64,000 nucleotides of DNA from an uncultured Clostridia bacterium. GTDB lineage: Bacteria > Bacillota > Clostridia > Christensenellales > UBA1242. The notes below the pieces were generated by a model that made no database searches, was not told the origin of the DNA, and was given only the letters and a program-made list of their open reading frames with translations. The DNA is taken from positions 43,657-107,656 of the forward strand of contig CAKVLQ010000003.1 of the NCBI GenBank assembly GCA_934757845.1, written 5' to 3'. Shown piece after piece: positions 54,849 through 63,140 of this stretch (position 1 is its first letter; each line of letters opens with the position of its first letter). A program made the position numbers and the translations under genes.

Positions 54849-57395
54849 ATGAGCAAATTAGATTTTAAGGAAGTATCAAAAGAGTTGAATATTATGCTTA
54901 ACAAAAGGCCAAGAGATGGTCAAGTGCGTAATATCGTTTTTTGGTATGATGGTGAAGGTGAATTTAAGGATAAATTAGAGGAATTGGATTTGACCAATGC
55001 CAAAGTTTTAACATACACCGGAAGCAACTATTTTGAGATTAAATATACTTTGGAAGTGGTTGATTTAACATCAAATTACTTGATTTATTCGCCAACATAT
55101 AGACCAGCACCAGAATATAACTATTTGCTTGATATGTGTCTTTATAGCCAAGAATTTGAAGCCGATATAACAACAATCTATATGAGAGAATTTGGTATAG
55201 ATAATTCAGCTCTTGCGAATGTTGTTAAGAAATATAAGGATTTCTTGGGTAACAAAGATAGAAGAAATAAATTGAAGTCTTATGACATTAAAAAGTGGAG
55301 TGAAAACACAATTCATATTGCTGTTTTGTGTGCTGTTTGTAAACTTGATGTTATTGATTTTGAACAAGCATTGATGACAATCCTTGCAGATTATGCTTAT
55401 GGTGGAACATTGCTTGATGATGTAAAAAAATATTGCGATATGGAAACATTGGACAAGTTCATTGAAAACAAATTTGGTATTGTAAATGGCTTTGAAGATG
55501 TTGACAATATGATGACAAATATCTTGTTATTACATACATCTCTTTACTTAAAAGGAACATTGCCAGCAAGTTGGAAAACAAATTTGCCAGACACAAACAA
55601 TTTTGCTATCAAAAACAACGCATACATCTTTGTAGATAGATTTATGAAAAGTGATTTATCGGAAGCATATATCTTGCTTTCAGATAGGGTAGCAGAGAAA
55701 ATAAACTTTGAAAGAGTAACCAAAGATTGGGACATTGAAAGCTATGAAGATGTTGATACATTCGTTGGTTATGATAAACATATCATTGAAAGATTAAAAT
55801 CATCTTTAATTGATGGTGTAAATGAATTTGAGAGATATTTAAGTATTATCAAACAAAGAAGAAAATCTTTCTGGAATGATACATTGAAATTTGAATATCA
55901 AGCATTACATCATGCAACAAAATTCCTTTCAAAAGTTGAAGAAGAAAAGAAAGGCTTTGCACAAGGAACACCAGATATGTTGCTTGAAAAGTATGCTAAA
56001 AATTATTTTAAGTTTGACCAATATTATAGAGAATTTATCACTGCCTATGACAAAATTGAAGATAATGATTTCTCTGAATTGTTTAATAAAGTCGAAAATA
56101 CCTATACAAATTGGTATTTGAATGAATTATCGACTAAATGGTCAAATGAACTAAAACTAATCCCATACGAGAGTTTAAACACCTTGAAGCAATGGGATTT
56201 CTATAACAAATTCGTTAGAAATTCTAGTGAAAAAATTGCGGTTATTATTTCGGACGCATTGCGCTATGAATGTGGAGAAGAACTTAACAAAAGAATATCT
56301 AACACATTTAAAGCAAAAACAACATTATTCTCTGGAATCTCTAGCTTGCCAAGTTACACAGCACTTGGAATGGCTTGTTTGTTGCCACATAACAAAATTG
56401 AATATGTTGGCTCTGATGTCGTTGTTGATGGTATAAGTTCTGCAAGTTCAGAAAATCGTGAAAAGATTTTAAATAGCTTTACAGACGGTAAAGTTTACAA
56501 GTATGATGAATTTATCAAACCACAGAATTTCACACGAATAAAGGCCGAAACAAACGGAAAAAGAGTTATTTATATCTATCATAACTCAATAGACGCTGCT
56601 GGTGATAACATTTCAACTGAAAGCAAGGTGTTCAATGCAACAGAAGATTGCTTCAATGAAATACTTGCAATCGTTAAGAAATTGCAAAATATGTCAATTT
56701 CAAATGTTGTAATCACTGCTGACCATGGCTTCATTTACAAGAGAAATGATATTGCTGAAATGGATAAAACACCTAACGAAGTCAAAGATACAATCGTTTC
56801 AAAGAGAAGATTTGTTCTTGCGAGAAATTCAGAAGAACCAGAAATGGCAAGAAAATTATCTCTTGATTACTTAATGCCAAATACTGACATTGATGTAGTT
56901 GTTCCTTACGGTGTAAACCTATTTAAGAAACAAGGTGAAAGTAAGAAGTATGTTCATGGAGGAGATAGTTTACAAGAAATTGTAATTCCTATTATCCAAA
57001 TTGATAATAAGCGTTCTCAAAGAGAAAGATATGCTGCTAAAAATGTTACAATTAGTTGTGTATCATTGTCTAACAAAGTTACATCTCTTATCACATTCTT
57101 GGAATTCTTCCAAAATGAAAAGGTTACAGATAAATTGTTGCCTAGAAATTATGAGATTTACTTTGAAGATGAAGAAGGAAAGAGAATTTCTAACTCTGCT
57201 GTCGTTAGTGCTGATAGCAAGAGTGAAGAAGTTAAAGACCGTATGTATAAAGAGAAATTCACTTTGAGAAATCAAAAATACGACAAAAATAAACAATATT
57301 ATCTTGTTATTGCTGATTATGATGATAATTACGCGGAAAGGACAAAATTGCCATTTACAATAGATATTTTGATTGAAAATGACTTTGATTTATAG
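54849..57395 (+). CDS. pglZ: BREX alkaline-phosphatase-superfamily protein PglZ
   Basis: 848 aa with IISDALRYE and ITADHGF motifs. Confidence 0.85.
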   Translation: MSKLDFKEVSKELNIMLNKRPRDGQVRNIVFWYDGEGEFKDKLEELDLTNAKVLTYTGSNYFEIKYTLEVVDLTSNYLIYSPTYRPAPEYNYLLDMCLYSQEFEADITTIYMREFGIDNSALANVVKKYKDFLGNKDRRNKLKSYDIKKWSENTIHIAVLCAVCKLDVIDFEQALMTILADYAYGGTLLDDVKKYCDMETLDKFIENKFGIVNGFEDVDNMMTNILLLHTSLYLKGTLPASWKTNLPDTNNFAIKNNAYIFVDRFMKSDLSEAYILLSDRVAEKINFERVTKDWDIESYEDVDTFVGYDKHIIERLKSSLIDGVNEFERYLSIIKQRRKSFWNDTLKFEYQALHHATKFLSKVEEEKKGFAQGTPDMLLEKYAKNYFKFDQYYREFITAYDKIEDNDFSELFNKVENTYTNWYLNELSTKWSNELKLIPYESLNTLKQWDFYNKFVRNSSEKIAVIISDALRYECGEELNKRISNTFKAKTTLFSGISSLPSYTALGMACLLPHNKIEYVGSDVVVDGISSASSENREKILNSFTDGKVYKYDEFIKPQNFTRIKAETNGKRVIYIYHNSIDAAGDNISTESKVFNATEDCFNEILAIVKKLQNMSISNVVITADHGFIYKRNDIAEMDKTPNEVKDTIVSKRRFVLARNSEEPEMARKLSLDYLMPNTDIDVVVPYGVNLFKKQGESKKYVHGGDSLQEIVIPIIQIDNKRSQRERYAAKNVTISCVSLSNKVTSLITFLEFFQNEKVTDKLLPRNYEIYFEDEEGKRISNSAVVSADSKSEEVKDRMYKEKFTLRNQKYDKNKQYYLVIADYDDNYAERTKLPFTIDILIENDFDL

Positions 57396-57405
57396 GAGAT
57401 GAAAG

Positions 57406-59484
57406 ATGAACGAATTTGATAAAAAATTGAATGAAGTTTTTGCCGGCAGAGTTGTTAGAAAAGACTTATCAAAGAAGATAAAAGAAGGAATAAATGTTCC
57501 TATCTATGTTTTGGAATATTTACTTGGAATGTATTGCTCAACTGATGACGAAGATAGCATTAAAGAAGGTGTTAAACAAGTAAAGAAAATACTTGCTGAA
57601 AACTATGTCAGACCAGATGAAGCAGAAAAAGTAAAGTTCAAAATTACTGAAAAAGGCTCTTATACAGTCATTGATAGAGTTGAAGTTACAGTTGATGTTG
57701 AAAAAGGCATTTGCTTTGCTAGTCTTATGAATTTAGGACTAACTAGAATTCCAATCCACGCAGATTACGTAAAGAAATTTGAGAAATTACTTGCAGGTGG
57801 AATTTGGTGTATTGTTAAACTTGGCTACTTTGATGAAGAAGAAAATGCAGACCTTGAACAAGCCGCCAAAGAAGTAAAGAAAAAAGACAAAGAAAAAGAT
57901 TTGGGTGGGGTATTGGTAGTTGATAATATCAAGCCTATCCAAATGCCAAATCTTGATATTCAAGAGATTTTTAACGGTAGAAAACAATTTACAGTTGAAG
58001 AATGGAAAGACATTATTTTAAGGTCTATCGGTATGGAGCCAACACAACTTAAACCAAGAGAGAAAATGCACTTGATTGAAAGATTGGTTCCACTCGTTGA
58101 AAACAACTACAATATGTGCGAATTAGGACCACGTTCAACTGGTAAATCTCACGTATATAAAGAAATTTCGCCAAACTCAATCTTGATTTCAGGTGGTCAA
58201 ACTACTGTTGCAAACTTGTTTTACAATATGGGCAGACGCCAAATTGGACTTGTAGGTCATTGGGATTGCGTTGCATTTGATGAAGTTGCTGGTATCCAAT
58301 TCAAGGAAAAAGATGGAATTCAAATAATGAAGGACTATATGAACTCCGGTTCTTTTGCTCGTGGTAAAGACCAAATCACAGCAAGTGCTTCTATGGTGTT
58401 CGTAGGTAATATCAATTTGAGTGTTGATGTTCTTTTAAAGACATCTAACTTATTCCAACCATTCCCAGAAGTTATGGCTAATGACACAGCTTTCTTTGAC
58501 CGTATGCACTATTATTTGCCGGGTTGGGAAGTTCCAAAGTTTGCTCCAAAGTATTTTACTGATGAGTATGGCTTTGTTACTGATTATGTATCTGAATTTT
58601 TCAGAACAATGAGAAAATACAACTATTCAGACGCATTTGATAAATACTTTAAGCTTGGTTCGACATTAAACCAAAGAGATACAGTTGCTGTTAGAAAAAC
58701 CGTATCTGGCCTTGTAAAAATCCTTTATCCAAATGGCGAATACACCAAAGAGGATATTGAAGAACTTTTGAGATACGCTTTGGAAGGTAGAAGAAGGGTA
58801 AAAGAGCAATTAAAGAGAATTGGTGGTATGGAATTCTATGCAGTTAATTTCTCTTATATTGACAATGAAACATTTGAGGAAAAATATGTTGGTGTTCCAG
58901 AACAAGGAAATGACAAACTTATTCCAGAAGGTCAAAACAAACCGGGCACAGTTTATTGTGTTCAAAGGTCTGACACAGGAGTTTTTGGTGTTTATCGTAT
59001 TGAAAACGAATGTATTTCTGGTAGTGGAAAGTTCACTAGAACTGGTGTATCTTCACAAGAATGTAAAGATAGCATAAATAATGCAATCAACTACTTTAAG
59101 GCAAATAAACAACACATTAGTGCAAATATTAGCACAACAACATCTGATTACTTGATGGATTATAGAGATTTGCAAGGCGTAGGAAATGCTACTGACTTAT
59201 CATTGCCAACACTTGTATCTCTTGCTTCTGCTGCTTTGAAAAAAGATGTTCTACCAAGACTTGTTGTTCTTGGAAGTATAAGCATAAGTGGTTCAATCAA
59301 TAGACTTGAAGAACTTGCAAATGTTTTACAAGTTGTTCACGACGCTGGTGCTACAAAGGTTTTATTGCCAAATAACGCCAAGAAACAGGTCGTAGATGTT
59401 CCAGATGACTTACTTAACTCATTAACTCTATTGTTCTATAATTCGCCAGAGGACGCCGTATTTAAGGCACTTGGAGTGGAGTAG
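57406..59484 (+). CDS. brxL: BREX Lon-like protease BrxL
   Basis: N-terminal F.GRVVRKDL....VP.YVLEYLLG.YC, AAA+ Walker A GPRSTGKSH, and a C-terminal Lon-protease-like domain. Confidence 0.85.
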   Translation: MNEFDKKLNEVFAGRVVRKDLSKKIKEGINVPIYVLEYLLGMYCSTDDEDSIKEGVKQVKKILAENYVRPDEAEKVKFKITEKGSYTVIDRVEVTVDVEKGICFASLMNLGLTRIPIHADYVKKFEKLLAGGIWCIVKLGYFDEEENADLEQAAKEVKKKDKEKDLGGVLVVDNIKPIQMPNLDIQEIFNGRKQFTVEEWKDIILRSIGMEPTQLKPREKMHLIERLVPLVENNYNMCELGPRSTGKSHVYKEISPNSILISGGQTTVANLFYNMGRRQIGLVGHWDCVAFDEVAGIQFKEKDGIQIMKDYMNSGSFARGKDQITASASMVFVGNINLSVDVLLKTSNLFQPFPEVMANDTAFFDRMHYYLPGWEVPKFAPKYFTDEYGFVTDYVSEFFRTMRKYNYSDAFDKYFKLGSTLNQRDTVAVRKTVSGLVKILYPNGEYTKEDIEELLRYALEGRRRVKEQLKRIGGMEFYAVNFSYIDNETFEEKYVGVPEQGNDKLIPEGQNKPGTVYCVQRSDTGVFGVYRIENECISGSGKFTRTGVSSQECKDSINNAINYFKANKQHISANISTTTSDYLMDYRDLQGVGNATDLSLPTLVSLASAALKKDVLPRLVVLGSISISGSINRLEELANVLQVVHDAGATKVLLPNNAKKQVVDVPDDLLNSLTLLFYNSPEDAVFKALGVE

Positions 59485-59485
59485 A

Positions 59486-60088
59486 ATGGGATTTTCAGAA
59501 AAAATTAGAAGGCAAGCATTGGTTGCTTGTAGAAGAAGATGTGTGATGTGTGGCAAATTTAAAGGAATAAAGATAGAAGTTCATCATCTAATTCCAGTAG
59601 CAATGGGTGGAAGTAACGATTTTGATAATGCAATACCATTATGTTTTGATTGTCATGCAGATATTGGTCAAAAGTTTTACAGAGAACATGCAAAGGGAAC
59701 GAAATATAGTGTTCCAGAGTTAAAGCAACAAAGAGATAAATTCTATAAAATGATAGAAAATAATCCAAAATCGGAAATTTCAGTAGAAGCAGCAGAAAAA
59801 TTAGAGATTATTAAACTGATTTTTGATTGTCTATTCAAAAGAGAAGAAGATGTTATTGGGTTTAATAATCACTATAATGCGATGAATTGGTCTTATGAAA
59901 TGGTATATCAATCACTTAACAATGCTATTTCTTTTGAGTGCTTTAATGAGTTGATTTGTCTTTTACGAAAAAAAGGTTATGTAAAAACGGATAATTTAAG
60001 AAAAACAAAAAATAATACGATAGATGGATTGATTTGTGGAACAAAAATTGGATTGATTTTTTATGTTGAAAATTTTTTAGAGGCTTAA
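59486..60088 (+). CDS. HNH endonuclease-domain protein appended to the BREX operon
   Basis: ATG 1 nt after the brxL stop. HNH motif C..C...HHLIPVAMGGSNDFDNAIPLCFDCH. The C-terminal 110 aa or so are unassigned. Confidence 0.65.
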   Translation: MGFSEKIRRQALVACRRRCVMCGKFKGIKIEVHHLIPVAMGGSNDFDNAIPLCFDCHADIGQKFYREHAKGTKYSVPELKQQRDKFYKMIENNPKSEISVEAAEKLEIIKLIFDCLFKREEDVIGFNNHYNAMNWSYEMVYQSLNNAISFECFNELICLLRKKGYVKTDNLRKTKNNTIDGLICGTKIGLIFYVENFLEA

Positions 60089-60259
60089 AGAAAAAAGGCA
60101 CCAAAAAAGAAATTTTTTGATAAATATTATATCTAACAAGAAAGAATAGGTGGGTGGTTAGGCTAGTTCTTACTACTAATATATAATACTTTTTTACTTG
60201 TAAGATATTTATATTATAATGTGGTCCAGTATATAAATTTAATTGGAATACAAAAAAAC

Positions 60260-60286
60260 GGATTTCAGCAATGAGGTCCTTTTTTT
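60260..60286. terminator. rho-independent terminator with GCAA tetraloop
   Basis: GGATTTCA-gcaa-TGAGGTCC stem plus T7, with an A7 run upstream. Confidence 0.5.
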
Positions 60287-60300
60287 CTTGTCAGAAATAC

Positions 60301-60361
60301 TTGCTTATATCAAACAAATGTTCTATAATACAATCATAAATGGAACGGGGTGTTCCATTTT
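60301..60361 (+). promoter_or_regulatory. lexA promoter with candidate SOS boxes
   Basis: TTGCTT 60301-06, 17-nt spacer, TATAAT 60324-29. AAACAAATGTTC 60312-23 is one mismatch from GAAC-N4-GTTC. Palindrome AAATGGAAC-ggggt-GTTCCATTT lies at 60339-61. Confidence 0.45.
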
Positions 60362-60376
60362 GAGAAGGAGGTTCTT

Positions 60377-60976
60377 ATGAAAGCTGCTATTCAAGAAAAA
60401 GTGCTTGATGATATGGTTGAGTTCATTGATAAGTATCAACACGAATATGGTAAATCGCCTTCGTATCGTGTAATTATGAAAACAATGAAGTTCAATGGAA
60501 TTGCAACCGTATTTAGGTATGTGGCAAAGTTAGAAGCACAAGGTAGATTAAGAAAAACTCATCTCGGTGGAATTGAAATACCACAAAGCCTAAATCCAAG
60601 CAAAACCATTATCGCCCCGTTGGTAGGCTCGGTTGCTTGCGGAATTCCAATCCTTGCCACAGAAAACATTGAAGGCACATATTCCTTGCCATCTGATTTA
60701 TTTGGAACTGGACCAACATTTTTATTACAAGCCAAAGGTGAAAGTATGTTAAATGCTGGAATTCACGACAAAGACATTCTAGTTGTTAGGAAATGCTCAT
60801 GTGCTGATGATGGTGAAATAGTCGTAGCTTTACTTGGTGATGAAGCCACCGTCAAAAGATTATATCGAAAGAATAACAAAATTATCTTACACCCAGAGAA
60901 TGAAAGATTTAAGGACATCATAGTAGATAATGTTGAAATTCTAGGGAAGGTAATTAGTTCTATTCATCAATTCTAA
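60377..60976 (+). CDS. lexA: LexA-type repressor (S24 peptidase)
   Basis: N-terminal wHTH, cleavage-site-like VACG, catalytic Ser (AKGESM) and Lys (VKRL). GAAGGAGG RBS. Confidence 0.75.
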   Translation: MKAAIQEKVLDDMVEFIDKYQHEYGKSPSYRVIMKTMKFNGIATVFRYVAKLEAQGRLRKTHLGGIEIPQSLNPSKTIIAPLVGSVACGIPILATENIEGTYSLPSDLFGTGPTFLLQAKGESMLNAGIHDKDILVVRKCSCADDGEIVVALLGDEATVKRLYRKNNKIILHPENERFKDIIVDNVEILGKVISSIHQF

Positions 60977-61000
60977 CAAACTGGGAGGTTGATTAAAGAA

Positions 61001-61189
61001 ATGTATGATGTTGAACTACTTTGCCCACATTGTAAAAAGGTCGTGGGTAAATCTTATGCAAGTGATAATACTGGTTATATTAAGGCCCTAAAATCAGAGC
61101 CAAAAGATGTAAAAGCGAAAGAAAGAACATTCCAATGCAAATGTAAATGCGGAAAACTCATTTATATTGTAATGGGATTTAAAGATTAA
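61001..61189 (+). CDS. small zinc-ribbon protein
   Basis: Contains CPHC...CKCKCG; GGGAGG RBS. Confidence 0.45.
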   Translation: MYDVELLCPHCKKVVGKSYASDNTGYIKALKSEPKDVKAKERTFQCKCKCGKLIYIVMGFKD

Positions 61190-61467
61190 AATTTAATATT
61201 TTTTAGAGGCCATTAGAGCCCATAGATACCTGCGTGTATCAATTATTATGGAAGCTAACTAATGGTCTTTTTATTTTCGACAAAGTTAGTAAATGTTTGA
61301 CAATATATGTTGAAATATTCTCATACAATACCCGAATGGGTATTGTAAAATTATAGTGTAATCTTGAAGTGCTATGCGAATACATAAAAGGGAGAGATTG
61401 CCTATGAGATTGTTTTTATACTGGAAACGACCTAAACTATATATTGTAAATAACAAAATAATAATTG

Positions 61468-61523
61468 AAACCCTAGTTTCTTTGCGGTGCTATATGCGCT
61501 AAAAACGGAACTAGGGTTTTTTT
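61468..61523 (+). terminator. long-stem terminator in a 450-nt non-coding region
   Basis: AAACCCTAGTTTC...GGAACTAGGGTTT stem followed by Ts. Confidence 0.55.
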
Positions 61524-61637
61524 ATCAAAAATTTTCAAAAAAAATTAAAAAACTTTTCCCGTTGCACACAACGGGTGTGTATCGACATTGTTAAGATGAT
61601 GGTGTCAAAAACGAAAAGAAAGGAGGTGAGATAACGA

Positions 61638-62021
61638 ATGGATTTGAAAAAATCAAGCATTACTGCTGATATTTTGAATATTTTATCTGATTGCAAAATT
61701 CATACAATGCAAGAAATTGCAGATGAAATAGAAGTTCATAGAAATACAGTAGCAAAGCATATACAATCACTTTCATATCGTTATCCAATCCAATCTATTC
61801 GTGGTGGCATAAATCGTGGTGGGGTATGTTTAGATAAAGATTACATACATCAAGGAAAAGTATTAACCAATGATGAACTGCAAGTCATCAACAAAGCTCT
61901 CACATTGTTGCAGAAGTGTGGAAGCGAAGATGTTAATCCAGAATTGATTGCTAATCTATTATCAAGATTTTCTCAACCACAACAAGAGGAGCAAGATAAT
62001 GGAGAAAGAAAACTTGGTTAA
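61638..62021 (+). CDS. wHTH DNA-binding protein
   Basis: HTMQEIADEIEVHRNTVAKHIQSL; AGGAGG RBS. Confidence 0.55.
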   Translation: MDLKKSSITADILNILSDCKIHTMQEIADEIEVHRNTVAKHIQSLSYRYPIQSIRGGINRGGVCLDKDYIHQGKVLTNDELQVINKALTLLQKCGSEDVNPELIANLLSRFSQPQQEEQDNGERKLG

Positions 62022-62517
62022 TGAACCAGAAAGAGATGATAGCAAAGACATAGTTACTATTGATTACTATGACAGAATAAACAAAAGATGGATAAAACTT
62101 GATGTTACAAAAGAAGTTGCAAGATTATTGCACACTGAAAATGAAAGAACTCGTAGAGCAAATAATCGTTATAATCATCACAACTTATCATTTGATGAAG
62201 TATTTGACAGTAACAAAGATGATAATCCTAAAAATGAATATCTGATTGATGAAAACGCAAGTCCAGATGTCATTATGGAGAAAAAAGAACAAGCAAAAAT
62301 AGATGCAATGATGAGAGATGAACAAAGAACACTTGTAGAAAATGCTTTGCCTAGTTTAACACCAACTCAAAGAGCAACATTGAAAATGGCTTTTTATAAA
62401 AATATGAGTTATCGAGATATAGCAATAAAACGAAATGTTACAAAGGCTGCTGTTGCAAAAACAATTAAGAAAGCACAAAAAAACATTAGGAATTTTATTG
62501 AAAATCCAGAAAATTAA
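61999..62517 (+). CDS. sigma-70 region-4-like HTH protein
   Basis: LTPTQRATLKMAFYKNMSYRDIAIKRNVTKAAVAKTIKKA. ATG 61999 follows GAGGAG. Confidence 0.6.
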   Translation: MEKENLVNEPERDDSKDIVTIDYYDRINKRWIKLDVTKEVARLLHTENERTRRANNRYNHHNLSFDEVFDSNKDDNPKNEYLIDENASPDVIMEKKEQAKIDAMMRDEQRTLVENALPSLTPTQRATLKMAFYKNMSYRDIAIKRNVTKAAVAKTIKKAQKNIRNFIENPEN

Positions 62518-62680
62518 AAAATTTTTAAACTTTTTTTCAAAAAATGGGCAAAAGGGGGTTAACGATTTGAAACTTCGTGTGGTTAACATTATGAGGGGAC
62601 ATAAAAGTTTTATGAATTTTGATACTCGTTGGAACCCGAGCTCATTCCAAAAAAAATTCAAATTAAACAAGGAGTATAAA

Positions 62681-63136
62681 ATGCAAGAACAATTTACAGT
62701 TAGAATTTATGATTTGAAACTTGTAAACAAAATAAAAAGTTTACAAAAACAACTCAGTGGTATTTATCAATCAAAACTAAATCCATTTTTGGTTGACTGT
62801 ATCATCAAAGGTATGGAAGTTATAGAAAGAGAAAGATTGGGAGTGAGAACACCACAAAATGTTTCTGAACTTTATGAAGAAGTGCAAGTTACTATTGAGA
62901 AACTTACAAAACTTATCAAGATGTGTGAAACAAACGCAAAAGAAATTATGGCAAATCTCACAATCAATCAAAAGCTCTTAACAAATAACTACAATATGCT
63001 TTTGGGTATTTCAGAAAATGCTCCTATTGATAGAGAGGGCATTGAAGAAGGTTCTTATGATGAACTGCCAAGCAGATTTGAAGAAGAACTTGAAAGCATT
63101 TTGGAAGATGTGTTAAAGGTTGTTCTTAAAAAGTAA
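62681..63136 (+). CDS. hypothetical protein upstream of the relaxase (possible relaxosome accessory factor)
   Basis: AAGGAG RBS before ATG 62681; function inferred from position only. Confidence 0.4.
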   Translation: MQEQFTVRIYDLKLVNKIKSLQKQLSGIYQSKLNPFLVDCIIKGMEVIERERLGVRTPQNVSELYEEVQVTIEKLTKLIKMCETNAKEIMANLTINQKLLTNNYNMLLGISENAPIDREGIEEGSYDELPSRFEEELESILEDVLKVVLKK

Positions 63137-63140
63137 ATAG

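Noticed and set aside
60339-60361. Palindrome AAATGGAAC-ggggt-GTTCCATTT as a canonical LexA box
   Set aside because: The spacing is GAAC-N5-GTTC rather than N4. It is kept only as a candidate operator or UTR hairpin, not a confident SOS box.
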